This document shows positions 38,365-47,983 of a stretch of 64,000 nt of DNA, one piece after another (position 1 is the first letter of the stretch; every line of letters begins with the position of its first letter). Position numbers and translations under genes: made by a program. Origin of the DNA: Oligoflexales bacterium (GTDB lineage Bacteria; Bdellovibrionota_B; Oligoflexia; Oligoflexales; RGVZ01); NCBI GenBank assembly GCA_947479535.1, contig CANJZQ010000001.1:78324-142323 (forward strand), given 5' to 3'. A model generated the notes under the pieces. The model was not told the DNA's origin. It did not search any database and saw only the letters and a list, made by a program, of their open reading frames with translations.

Positions 38365-38941
38365 TCTGCTTGGCGTTGCGGCTCTCTTTAGGGGCTTCAA
38401 CGATTGGATGCTTTTCGTTTTCATCCTTCACGCTGACCACTCCACCGGAAAGCTGTTTGCGCTCTGCCAGGTATTCCTTGGTGTAGACCCATTTTCCGCC
38501 ATTGGTCCCGACCATGGCATATTCCGGCCCAAGCCGGATGGCATCAACGGGACAAGCCTCTTCGCAATAGCCGCAGAAGACGCAACGCAGAATGTCGATC
38601 TCAAAGCGAACCGGAAACTTTTCCAACTCATTGTCCGGATGATTGCCGGCTTCAATGTGGATGCAATCTGCGGGGCAATTGGTTGCACAAAGGAAACACG
38701 CCGTGCAACGGACTTCACCATCATCGCGCAGGGTTAAAAAGTGCTTCCCTTTGAACCGGTCGCTGTAAGTTGCCGGTTGTTCTGGCCATTCAAGTGTGTT
38801 GGTCTTTTCGATCTTGACCAGCTGCAGGATGAAGATGGTCAGAGTCTTCCACATTCCTGTCCCAATGGTCGTTATGTATCCCCAGGCAGCGGTAAATACA
38901 TTCGAGTCCAGTGGTGGGGGCGGAACCTTAACGACTGCCAT
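38333..38941 (-). CDS. nuoI: NADH-quinone oxidoreductase subunit I
   Basis: Two 4Fe-4S motifs, CTACFLCATNCP and CVFCGYCEEACP. The ATG at 38941 is preceded by GGAGG. It overlaps the nuoG stop by 14 nt. Confidence 0.88.
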   Translation of the reverse strand: MAVVKVPPPPLDSNVFTAAWGYITTIGTGMWKTLTIFILQLVKIEKTNTLEWPEQPATYSDRFKGKHFLTLRDDGEVRCTACFLCATNCPADCIHIEAGNHPDNELEKFPVRFEIDILRCVFCGYCEEACPVDAIRLGPEYAMVGTNGGKWVYTKEYLAERKQLSGGVVSVKDENEKHPIVEAPKESRNAKQIKSYARHGIH

Positions 38942-40430
38942 GTGAGTGCCTCCATTGTTTGAGGGCGGCAACAATTTCAGTCAAATCCCTGCCATCGGCC
39001 ACAGGGCATGGGAATGGACTGTCCAACTTTCCTGCCTTGCCTTCGTGATTGATGAAGGTGCCTTTCTTTTCAGGGAAGCCCTTCATTGGAATCGCGTGCT
39101 TTGTTTTCTTGTTGTCAGCGACTGAACCGGCGAGCGTCCAGAAGGACACGAAATCCAGCTCCCTCAGGTGTTCCAGTTGCTGCTCAAAACTCGGGAATGT
39201 CGTTGGCACTTCTGGAGTTATGGCGATAACGACCTTTGCTGCGGAACTGGCGGCGGCATCAAATTCATTTTTCAAATTTGCTGCGAGGCCGGCTTCTTTA
39301 AGGGCGTTCAGAAGTCCGCGCGTGTTGGCATTGTGATCGCCACGATAGAGCAGGCCGTCAAAGGCATCGATCTTCTCGGTAGGTTCGCGCCACTGGAAGA
39401 CCTTTTTGATGCCAAGCTCACCCACGAAGAAGTCGAATAGGGACTTGTACTCTTCACTGGTGTGCTGTGCCGAAACAAGCAAGGCCACATCAGTGGCTGG
39501 ATTCACCGCCGCAATTCGCTTGCCCAGATCTTCGATCGCTCCCGCAAAGTTGGTATCTTTGCGCCGTCCCTGTGCATCCGTCGTCAAGGCTGTACGGAGT
39601 CGAACATCCTGATTCAGGTGGCTGTACATATGGCGGCCCTTGTCGCACATCCAATGCCCGTTGGCCTCGCCTTTACGGGGTTTCAGCCGGAAGTAGCTGC
39701 GAGTTTCTGGCTTGCCGTAGACGTCAACGCTGCAGCCAGTTGAGCAGCCTGGGCATACGGCCGGCTTGTCCTTCAAGAACCAGACTCGTTGCTTGAATCG
39801 GAAATCCCGTGAGGTAAAGGCTCCGACTGGGCAAATGTCGACCAGGTTGGTCTGATAGTTGTGCTCAATTTTCTCGCCGGGATAGGTCCCGATGATGGCC
39901 CTGTCCCCGCGGTCGAAAATACCGAGCGCGCCAGTCTTTGTAACTTCCTCTTCAAAACGCACGCAGCGTGAGCAAAGGATGCAGCGCTCTGTATCCAGAA
40001 CGAGATCGCGCCCAACATCCAGCATCTTTGGTTTTAAAACTTTTGGGCGGGTCATCTGGCTTTGGTATTTGCCCACAGACATATAATAATCTTGCAGGCC
40101 GCATTCTCCGGCCTGATCGCAGATTGGGCAATCCAAAGGGTGGTTTATCAGATGAAATTCAAGCGCCCATTTATGCGCTGATTTTGCTTCATCTGTATCT
40201 GTTTTCACGTCCATGCCGTTGGTTGCTTGCAAATTGCAGGCAATCTCCAACTTTGGACGGCCCTCGACTTTTACCATGCAGAAACGACACACGCCTGCCA
40301 CGGAGAGTCCTGGGTGCCAGCAGAAGTGAGGAATATCGACATTCTCGCGGCGCGCAGCCTCCATCACGGTGGTTCCCTTGGGAACCGTGACGTCTTTGCC
40401 GTTCAGCTTGAAAGTTACCGTCTCGCTCAC
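38928..40430 (-). CDS. nuoG: NADH-quinone oxidoreductase subunit G (short, 500 aa)
   Basis: N-terminal 2Fe-2S domain (FKLNGKDVTVPKGTTVMEAA...CRFCMVKVEG), HPLDCPICDQAGEC, and CILCSRCVRF. Confidence 0.85.
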   Translation of the reverse strand: MSETVTFKLNGKDVTVPKGTTVMEAARRENVDIPHFCWHPGLSVAGVCRFCMVKVEGRPKLEIACNLQATNGMDVKTDTDEAKSAHKWALEFHLINHPLDCPICDQAGECGLQDYYMSVGKYQSQMTRPKVLKPKMLDVGRDLVLDTERCILCSRCVRFEEEVTKTGALGIFDRGDRAIIGTYPGEKIEHNYQTNLVDICPVGAFTSRDFRFKQRVWFLKDKPAVCPGCSTGCSVDVYGKPETRSYFRLKPRKGEANGHWMCDKGRHMYSHLNQDVRLRTALTTDAQGRRKDTNFAGAIEDLGKRIAAVNPATDVALLVSAQHTSEEYKSLFDFFVGELGIKKVFQWREPTEKIDAFDGLLYRGDHNANTRGLLNALKEAGLAANLKNEFDAAASSAAKVVIAITPEVPTTFPSFEQQLEHLRELDFVSFWTLAGSVADNKKTKHAIPMKGFPEKKGTFINHEGKAGKLDSPFPCPVADGRDLTEIVAALKQWRHSHGSR

Positions 40431-41701
40431 GCCCTTTTTCCTCTCTCGATGAAATCGGCGATCTCAGCGCCGAACTTGGTCACAATCGATTTGGTTGGCA
40501 TTGCGGCGGCATCGCTGAGGGCGCAAATGGTCTTGCCTTCCATGTTGCGGGAAATCTCAAACATGCGCTGCAAGTCTTCCTTTTTGCCTTCACCCGCCAT
40601 GATGCCGGTCATGATGTTGGCGAGCCAACCAGTGCCCTCACGGCATGGTGTGCACTGGCCGCAGCTCTCGTGATGGTAGAAATCCACCGTCACCTTGAGC
40701 AACTCCACCATGCTCATCGAATCGTCGATAATCATGATCGCGCCGGAGCCCAGCATGGATCCTTTTGCCGTGATGGCTTCGTAATCCAAAGTCAGCCCCT
40801 TGAGTTCCTCTGCCGTGAGGATGGGAGCCGAGGAGCCACCCGGAATGCAAGCCTTGATGGTGTATCCGGGCAGCATTCCACCCGCATCTTCATTGATCAG
40901 TTTTTCAATCGGGTAACCGAGTGGAAGTTCGTAAACGCCCGGCCTCTTGACGCGCCCCGACAGGCAGAAGAGTTTTGTTCCAGGTGATTTCTCGGTTCCC
41001 ATGGTTTTGTGTGCTGCTGCGCCATGGTTGATGATCCAAGGGACGGCGGCCAGGGTCTCGGTGTTGTTGACGATGGTCGGGCGGTGCAAGTAGCCAGAAA
41101 TTGCCGGAAACGGCGGTTTTAGCTTCGGTTGGCCTTTTTTGCCTTCCAGGGAAGACAGCAGCCCCGTTTCTTCTCCGCAAATGTAAGCCCCAGCCCCGGC
41201 GTAGTGATCGATGTCGAATTTGAAGCCAGTGCCCAGGATGTTGTCCCCAAGAAACCCGGCGTCATAGGCTTCGCGGATTGCGGTTTCAAGCCATTTGATC
41301 TCTTCAAAGAAATCATAGCGTGTGTAGATGTAGCCCTTGTTCGCGCCGATCGCGAAACCAGCAATGATCATGCCCTCGAGGATCATGTGGGGATTACACT
41401 CGACGATGTAACGATCTTTGAATGTTCCCGGCTCGCTCTCGTCGTTGTTGCAAATGATGTATTTTGGCCCCTTGTCATCCTTGGGGACAAAGCTCCATTT
41501 CATTCCGGTTGGAAATCCAGCACCACCACGCCCACGCAGGCCGGCGGCCTTTACCTCGTCAATAATTTGTCCGGGCTGCATCGTGAATGCTTTTTTGAGC
41601 CCGGCATATCCACCGTTATCAACGTACGTCTTGAGCGCACGGGCATTTGGTTTACCCTCGAACGCCGTCGTGATTTTTACCTTGGTGAGTGTGTCGCCCA
41701 T
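40427..41701 (-). CDS. nuoF: NADH-quinone oxidoreductase subunit F
   Basis: 424 aa. GLRGRGGAGFPTGMKW, ESEPGTFKDR and ESCGQCTPCREG. Confidence 0.95.
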   Translation of the reverse strand: MGDTLTKVKITTAFEGKPNARALKTYVDNGGYAGLKKAFTMQPGQIIDEVKAAGLRGRGGAGFPTGMKWSFVPKDDKGPKYIICNNDESEPGTFKDRYIVECNPHMILEGMIIAGFAIGANKGYIYTRYDFFEEIKWLETAIREAYDAGFLGDNILGTGFKFDIDHYAGAGAYICGEETGLLSSLEGKKGQPKLKPPFPAISGYLHRPTIVNNTETLAAVPWIINHGAAAHKTMGTEKSPGTKLFCLSGRVKRPGVYELPLGYPIEKLINEDAGGMLPGYTIKACIPGGSSAPILTAEELKGLTLDYEAITAKGSMLGSGAIMIIDDSMSMVELLKVTVDFYHHESCGQCTPCREGTGWLANIMTGIMAGEGKKEDLQRMFEISRNMEGKTICALSDAAAMPTKSIVTKFGAEIADFIERGKRA

Positions 41702-41721
41702 GAAGACGCCCTCTCTTTTTT

Positions 41722-42261
41722 TTAAACGCCAGATTTCAGTGAGGCGTATTTTTCCAGGATCGAGTCGATGTTTTCTTTGGTTACATTCAGGTGCCGGTCT
41801 TTGTTCACCAGCATTGCCGGAGCGCCGTCACAAACGCACATGCATGGCACGCCCTCGACGCTGAAGGGGGATTCTTTTCCCTTCTCTTCAAATTTCTTGA
41901 TGTGACCCTTGATCTTACCGATGACGTCGTTGGCTCCCAGCATGCAGCAGACAATGTTGTTGCAGAACTGGATGTTGAACTGGCGTGGTTTCTTTTGGCG
42001 GTATGCCGAGTAGAAAGTTAGAGCCTCACGGACTTGAACGCGGTGCAGTCCGAATTCCTTGTCGAGGATTTCGACATGTTCGTCGGCAATCCAGCCAAGT
42101 TCGTCCTGGATCGCATGCAGAGCAGGTAAAATAGCCGACCGCTTGGTTTCATAGCGCGTCAGGAATCCTTCGATTTGTTTGCGCAAGGCTGGCGTAAAGG
42201 CCGGCGCAGGGTCGTTTGATTTCGTATTGTGGTTGTGCTCGCTCATTACGTTCTGCTCCAA
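41722..42261 (-). CDS. nuoE: NADH-quinone oxidoreductase subunit E
   Basis: 179 aa. 2Fe-2S ligands lie in FCNNIVCCMLG and PCMCVCDGAP. An SAILPALHAIQ-type N-terminal region is present. Confidence 0.9.
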   Translation of the reverse strand: MEQNVMSEHNHNTKSNDPAPAFTPALRKQIEGFLTRYETKRSAILPALHAIQDELGWIADEHVEILDKEFGLHRVQVREALTFYSAYRQKKPRQFNIQFCNNIVCCMLGANDVIGKIKGHIKKFEEKGKESPFSVEGVPCMCVCDGAPAMLVNKDRHLNVTKENIDSILEKYASLKSGV

Positions 42262-42289
42262 AAAAACTTGATCCGGCTCGCGCTTTATC

Positions 42290-44011
42290 TTAGCGGTCCA
42301 ACTCGCCTGCGATGACGTTGATGCTTCCCAGCGCTGCGATGGCGTCAGCCAGCATTTGGCCTTCCATCATTTCAGAGAACGCCTGGAAGATCGCGAAGCA
42401 TGGCGGACGACACTTCACCCGGTAGGGCTTGCCGCTGCCGTCGCTGACCACATAAAAACCAAGCTCTCCGTTGGCTGCTTCGTAACCGCTGTAGATTTCA
42501 CCCGCTGGCGGCTGAACCCCGTTGATGACCAGCATGAACTGGTTCATCAGGCCTTCGATATTGCCATAGACATTTTGTTTTGCCGGCAAAGTGATCCTGG
42601 GATCGTCCACGTCGATAGGGCCGGACGGAACGTTGTTCAAACACTGTTTCAGGATGCGGACAGACTGGCGGATTTCTTCCATCCTGACCATGTAGCGATC
42701 ATAGGAATCGCCGCGGTCACCAATCGGAATATCAAATTCGAGTTGGTCGTAACCGTAGTAGGGATTGTACTGACGCATGTCGAGTGGCACACCAGTGGCG
42801 CGCAAGCACGGCCCCGTGAAGCCCCAATCGATTGCATTTTCCTTGCTGATGGCTCCCGCGCCAACCATGCGCTTCACAAAAATTCTGTTCTTCGTCAGTA
42901 AGGTGTCCACTTCCGCGTGGGCTTGTTCGATCACCTTGAGGGTTTCTTTTGCCTGGGCGATCCAACCGTCGGGAAAGTCAAAACCCATTCCGCCAACACG
43001 TGCAAGAGATACCGTCAGGCGAGCTCCGCAGAGCTTTTCAAAGAGGTCGTAAACTTTTTCACGGGCTTGAAAGCCCAGCCAAAAGTTTGTGAGGGCTCCG
43101 AGGTCAACGGCATTTGTACAGATGCAAACGAAGTGATCGATGATTCGCGAAAATTCGTCCAAAATGACGCGCATGGTTTGAGCTTTTGCGGGAACTTGAA
43201 TCCCCAGCATTTTTTCTACCGTGCGACACCATGCGTGATTGTTCATCGGAGCCGAGCAGTAGTTCAGGCGATCCGTGTAGGGAATGATCTGGTTGTAGTT
43301 GTGCGTTTCGCACATTTTTTCAAAGCAGCGGTGCAGGTAGCCAATCTCGATGTCCATTTTTTCAATGGTTTCGCCGGAGAGCACTGCCATCAAGCGCAGG
43401 GTGCCGTGGGTCGCTGGGTGCGCTGGTCCGATGTTGATCCAGACACGGTCGGAGAGGTGGTCTTCTTCCTCGGCCATCATTCGCGCACGGTCTTTTTCAA
43501 AAGAATGCGCCAGTGGCGTCCGAAGTTCTTGATTGCCGTCCGCAGGATAATCCTTGCGCATGGGACTACCCACGAAATCTTCGTGGCAGAGGATCCGGCG
43601 CAAATTCGGGTGGCCCGAGAAATTGATGCCAAAGAGGTCAAATGCCTCGCGCTCGAACCAATTCGCAGAACGGTAAATGTTGGTCACGGAGGCGACAGAT
43701 TCACCTTCGGCAACCGGAGCCTTGACCCGCAGGCGGCGCTTCGTGTCCGGGTTCATATAATGATAAACAACGTCAAACCGTCGGTCGCGCTCCGGGTAAT
43801 CAACTCCGGCCACGTCCAGCAGGTACGGGAAGTGTTTTTTAATCTCGCGCGTGACTTCCGGAACGCTTTTGGAGTCGACCACAAAGACGTCTTCGTCATC
43901 GTGGGCTGGATTCACGGTGTGCGTGATTTTGGATTCTGGAATTCTCGAGCCAATATCGCGCGCGAGGGTTTCAAAGAAACTGCGATTGTTTGCGTCGTGC
44001 GTAGCCGGCAT
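42290..44011 (-). CDS. nuoCD: NADH-quinone oxidoreductase fused subunit C/D
   Basis: 573 aa. The N-terminal 30-kDa NuoC part contains ANWFEREAFDLFGINFSGHP. The C-terminal 49-kDa NuoD part contains NIGPAHPATHGTLRL, RLNYCS and INVIAGELDR. Confidence 0.93.
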   Translation of the reverse strand: MPATHDANNRSFFETLARDIGSRIPESKITHTVNPAHDDEDVFVVDSKSVPEVTREIKKHFPYLLDVAGVDYPERDRRFDVVYHYMNPDTKRRLRVKAPVAEGESVASVTNIYRSANWFEREAFDLFGINFSGHPNLRRILCHEDFVGSPMRKDYPADGNQELRTPLAHSFEKDRARMMAEEEDHLSDRVWINIGPAHPATHGTLRLMAVLSGETIEKMDIEIGYLHRCFEKMCETHNYNQIIPYTDRLNYCSAPMNNHAWCRTVEKMLGIQVPAKAQTMRVILDEFSRIIDHFVCICTNAVDLGALTNFWLGFQAREKVYDLFEKLCGARLTVSLARVGGMGFDFPDGWIAQAKETLKVIEQAHAEVDTLLTKNRIFVKRMVGAGAISKENAIDWGFTGPCLRATGVPLDMRQYNPYYGYDQLEFDIPIGDRGDSYDRYMVRMEEIRQSVRILKQCLNNVPSGPIDVDDPRITLPAKQNVYGNIEGLMNQFMLVINGVQPPAGEIYSGYEAANGELGFYVVSDGSGKPYRVKCRPPCFAIFQAFSEMMEGQMLADAIAALGSINVIAGELDR

Positions 44012-44081
44012 GGATTCCGTTCTCCCCGGTGGCAGCTTGGCCTGTTAGGGTCAAAACGTTATCACGGCAAGTGCCTGTTAT

Positions 44082-45971
44082 CTAGGGAATTTGCCTCGGG
44101 CTATCGGGGATGGATGGACCCAATTTTTTTAATATTTCTGTGCAAATATTAAGCGACCGCAGGTCTCCCATGGCTTTAGAGGTCGCGGCGAGGGCAGCCC
44201 AAGTGCGGCGCCACCCGTCCAGGGAGAACGATTCCCATGCTGTGCGGCAGCATTTGGTGCCTGAAAGGGCGTCGATCAAGGGTTGGACTAATAATTCGTT
44301 TTGTCTGACCAAGGTGCTGTTTGGGGGAAAGTCGGTTGATCCTGCGGAGGTAAGGCGAATGAAGCTCCCGGTTGGGTAGCTGTCAGCTGCTAGGCGAGCA
44401 ATCCCTGGAAACGATCCTGTGCTCAGAAAAATGGCATCCTTGGCCTTTGCGTGATTGATGATTTGGGACAATCCAATGAACGATTCCTGAACCGTGATGC
44501 CTTCAGACAAATTTTTTATGGTTGTCAGCGGTATTTCAACTCCTGATCTGGTCAATTCTATTAGTGTTTGACGCCGGTACCAGAGGCTCGGCCAGAGCCC
44601 TGACTGAATAATCACCGGGCGAGGGGTCAAACCCGCCGTTTTATAAGTGAATCCGAAGAAGTCCAGGTCTGAATTGGTCACGATCCATGTTGCCCGTCGT
44701 TTCGGCTCATCGGGTCCGGGGGGTGTTGCGGCAAGGGAAGCCTCGAGGTGGGTGTTTGAGATGGTTTCAAGCCGGCGGTTGCTTGATGGGAGTTGTGCTG
44801 CAGCATGGAGGCCAAGGGCCGCGATTAATCCCGCGGCTGCCCAATGATGCCAGCGAGGGCGAATCTGGCGGTTCAGCGAGACGAGGCCACTGGCAATGAG
44901 TGGAGCTAGGGTGAGCAGCGGCAGGGCGCCGAACCTGGCCATGATTTCGGGGCCATCTCCGCTGGGCGCCATGCGAAACAGGATTGGCATGGCAATCCCT
45001 GTGGTGGCGAATGCTGCAAGGCAGAGCCATTCGAACCTTTGTTTTTTTGATATCGCACTCATGGTGCCGAACGCAGCAAGCAGCAACCAAAATCCTGACA
45101 TGCCTTCGGTATAAACCTGAGCCATGAACAGAGGGCCGTCGGCCCAAGTCCCAAGGGAATTTGTTTTGAGGCTTAACGTGCCGTAACTGCGGCGTAAAAC
45201 GTGGTTCTCCAGGGCCGGCATGAAGTCGCTCCAATCGCCCCAGACGAATCCCGTATCGGCCCGGCGTTCGATCGCAAACCAAAGCATTGGAAGGAGCCCT
45301 GCGATAAATCCGCCGGTCGCACCCCGGAGCATCGGTCGCATTTGCCCCCGCGTTAGTAGGGGTAGGGCCAATGGGGCTGCGAACGCCAACGAATGGTGAT
45401 TGCAGAAGGCCAAGCCGAAAATCAGGCCGGTCAGGGTTGCATGGCCCTCTCGCGGGGGATTTGGCTGGGACATGATTTTGGCGGCGAAGAAGATCAGGCC
45501 GGCAGCCATAAGATCATTCAGGGCAAAGGGTTCCAGGCCAGTGCTGGCTCGCCAGACCGGTGCTGCAACCATGACCGCGACCGTCGCGGCAGCTGCCAGC
45601 CAAGGGGATGCTGCGGTGGGGCGTTCTGGAGCCCCTGGACGATTCTGCCAAGTCGAGATCCCCGCCCAAATCAGCCAGGCCGTTGCCATTGACAGCATCA
45701 CGGAAAGAATCGCAAGCGCCGTTGGCGAGGTCACCTCTGCCCCCGGGGCAAACCACTTTGCAAACGCCTCATGCCAACCGCGCAGCATGGCGCTGTAAAG
45801 CGGGTAACCCGGTGGATGGGCGATTCCACCCCGCGCTGCAATCAGGGCAAATTCGGCGCCGTCCATATCGGTGACGGTGCGCGGTAGGACCAAAAGGCCG
45901 GCTAGCCCCGTGGCAACAACGACGGCCAGTCCGGCAGGATTTTTTTCATGTGAAAGGGTGTTCGACTTCAT
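44082..45971 (-). CDS. DUF2723 (TMEM260-like, GT-C type) polytopic membrane protein
   Basis: DMDGAEFALIAARGGIAHPPGYPLYSAML matches the DUF2723 N-terminal signature (GD..EF....lGiaHPPGYPl). There are many TM helices. The start is uncertain: ATG at 45971 or 46004, and the track ORF extends to 46169. Confidence 0.6.
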   Translation of the reverse strand: MKSNTLSHEKNPAGLAVVVATGLAGLLVLPRTVTDMDGAEFALIAARGGIAHPPGYPLYSAMLRGWHEAFAKWFAPGAEVTSPTALAILSVMLSMATAWLIWAGISTWQNRPGAPERPTAASPWLAAAATVAVMVAAPVWRASTGLEPFALNDLMAAGLIFFAAKIMSQPNPPREGHATLTGLIFGLAFCNHHSLAFAAPLALPLLTRGQMRPMLRGATGGFIAGLLPMLWFAIERRADTGFVWGDWSDFMPALENHVLRRSYGTLSLKTNSLGTWADGPLFMAQVYTEGMSGFWLLLAAFGTMSAISKKQRFEWLCLAAFATTGIAMPILFRMAPSGDGPEIMARFGALPLLTLAPLIASGLVSLNRQIRPRWHHWAAAGLIAALGLHAAAQLPSSNRRLETISNTHLEASLAATPPGPDEPKRRATWIVTNSDLDFFGFTYKTAGLTPRPVIIQSGLWPSLWYRRQTLIELTRSGVEIPLTTIKNLSEGITVQESFIGLSQIINHAKAKDAIFLSTGSFPGIARLAADSYPTGSFIRLTSAGSTDFPPNSTLVRQNELLVQPLIDALSGTKCCRTAWESFSLDGWRRTWAALAATSKAMGDLRSLNICTEILKKLGPSIPDSPRQIP

Positions 45972-46120
45972 GTCGGTATTTTGTTTTAATCCCCACCGGT
46001 TCATGGAGGCACTTGGTCTCGATGATCCTACTGATCGCAGAGATATCCAAGATCTTACCAAAAAAACCGCCACCCATGTCAGAGGGAGCGGTGTATACCC
46101 GATTGGCCCCGGAGGCTGAC

Positions 46121-47983
46121 ATGAACTCAACGCCATCAACGACTTCAACGAATCCAATCGGCACTTCAACTGGCGGCCGAGGCCTTGGCATTGGAGCCTC
46201 CCGCTGGCAGAGGACCCATAACCTCGGTGAACTCAATGCCAACCATGCTGGCAAAGAGGTCATCCTCATGGGATGGGTTCACCGTCGTCGCGATCACGGC
46301 CAGCTCATTTTTATCGACCTGCGTGACCGGTTTGGCTTGACACAAGTGGTGATGGATCCGTCGGTCGCACCACAGCTTTTGGATCCGGCCTCAGCGATCC
46401 GTAATGAATTTGTGATTGCCGTAAAGGGCCTTGTGCAAAAGCGTCCCGATGGCATGATCAACAAGGCCCTGCCGACAGGGACGATCGAAGTTGCAGTCAG
46501 TGAACTGCGCATCCTGAATGCGTGTGACGTGCTGCCGTTTCCGGTCAGCGATGATGGGGAGACCAGCGAAACCCTGCGATTAAAATACCGCTACCTTGAT
46601 TTGCGCCGTCCGCGCCTCAGGGACAATATTCTCAAGCGTGTAAAGTTTGTGAAAGCCATGCGCAGGGCGCTCGAAAGCCATGCCTTCCTCGACATCGAAA
46701 CTCCGTTTCTTTACAAGTCAACTCCAGAGGGCGCCCGGGAATTTCTGGTTCCATCGCGCGTTCACCCGGCTCATTTTTACGCTTTGCCGCAGAGTCCACA
46801 GCTGTTCAAGCAAGTGCTGATGGTTTCTGGATTTGACCGTTATTATCAGGTGGTCAAGTGTTTCCGTGATGAGGACTTGCGTGCTGACCGTCAGCCAGAG
46901 TTCACGCAGGTTGACTGTGAGATGTCGTTTGTTGACGAGGAAGCCATCCTTTCAACATTCGAATCCATCATCCGGCAGGCAGTGACTGAATTTTTTGACG
47001 GTCGTGAAATTCCTGCCTTTCCGCGCATGACTTACGATCATGCGATGGAGCATTACGGTGTCGACAAACCGGACACGCGTTTTGAGTTGAAACTTCACGA
47101 TGTGTCGCAACTGGTGGCATCTTGCGGGTTCAAGGTTTTTGCAGAGGCGATCAGCACTGGCGGCATCGTCAATGCGCTGGTGGTCAAGGGTCAGGCCGAG
47201 GCTTTCAGTCGCAAAGATATTGACGAAGTCACCGAATTCGTTCGGCAATATGGCGCCAAAGGCCTCGCTTGGGCCAAGAAAGGTGCGGGCACGGGTCTGG
47301 CCGGATGGCAGTCTCCAATCGCAAAGTTTCTTTCGGACGAGACGGTGGATGCCCTAGATCGCGCGTTGGGATTGAATGCAGGAGATCTGATCCTGTTTGG
47401 TGCCGGTGGCTACGATTTGACCAAGGCTTCCTTGGGGGCGCTGCGAAATCATCTGGGTGCGCGGCTTAAACTTTACGATCCTGCGCAGCTAAACTTTCTT
47501 TGGGTTCAAGAATTTCCGTTGCTCGAAAAAGACTCTGGCACCGGTCGTTGGATCGCAAAGCATCATCCATTCACTTCACCCCGGCCGGAAGACATCGCGA
47601 AGCTCGACACAGATCCTGGGAACGTCAAGGCTTCAGCTTACGACCTTGTGTTGAATGGCAACGAAGTGGCTGGCGGATCGATTCGCATCCACGACCCCGA
47701 GGTTCAGAGAAAGCTTTTCGCAACCATTGGTCTTTCCGACGAAGAGGCACAGGCCAAGTTTGGTTTTCTTCTCGAGGCACTCAAGTTCGGGGCCCCGCCT
47801 CACGGTGGCATTGCCTTCGGACTGGACCGCTTGACGATGATCTTGACCGGTTGCGATGCCATCCGTGACGTCATTGTGTTTCCTAAAACTCAGAAGGGAA
47901 CCTGTTTGATGACAGGTGCGCCAGGCGAAGTTTCCCTGGATCAGCTCCGTGATTTACACATAAGGGTCAACCGACTTGAATAA
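46121..47983 (+). CDS. aspS: Aspartate--tRNA ligase (bacterial type)
   Basis: GWVHRRRDHGQLIFIDLRDRFG, FYALPQSPQLFKQ, FRDEDLRADRQPEFTQVD and GGSIRIH...GAPPHGGIAFGLDR. The start is set at the ATG preceded by GGAGG. The track ORF begins at 45950. Confidence 0.93.
   Translation: MNSTPSTTSTNPIGTSTGGRGLGIGASRWQRTHNLGELNANHAGKEVILMGWVHRRRDHGQLIFIDLRDRFGLTQVVMDPSVAPQLLDPASAIRNEFVIAVKGLVQKRPDGMINKALPTGTIEVAVSELRILNACDVLPFPVSDDGETSETLRLKYRYLDLRRPRLRDNILKRVKFVKAMRRALESHAFLDIETPFLYKSTPEGAREFLVPSRVHPAHFYALPQSPQLFKQVLMVSGFDRYYQVVKCFRDEDLRADRQPEFTQVDCEMSFVDEEAILSTFESIIRQAVTEFFDGREIPAFPRMTYDHAMEHYGVDKPDTRFELKLHDVSQLVASCGFKVFAEAISTGGIVNALVVKGQAEAFSRKDIDEVTEFVRQYGAKGLAWAKKGAGTGLAGWQSPIAKFLSDETVDALDRALGLNAGDLILFGAGGYDLTKASLGALRNHLGARLKLYDPAQLNFLWVQEFPLLEKDSGTGRWIAKHHPFTSPRPEDIAKLDTDPGNVKASAYDLVLNGNEVAGGSIRIHDPEVQRKLFATIGLSDEEAQAKFGFLLEALKFGAPPHGGIAFGLDRLTMILTGCDAIRDVIVFPKTQKGTCLMTGAPGEVSLDQLRDLHIRVNRLE

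Noticed and set aside
45950-46169. Head-to-head overlap of the extended aspS ORF (from 45950) and the extended DUF2723 ORF (to 46169).
   Set aside because: Both extensions are non-conserved-looking. Internal starts (46121 with GGAGG; 45971 or 46004) remove the overlap and leave a normal divergent promoter region.
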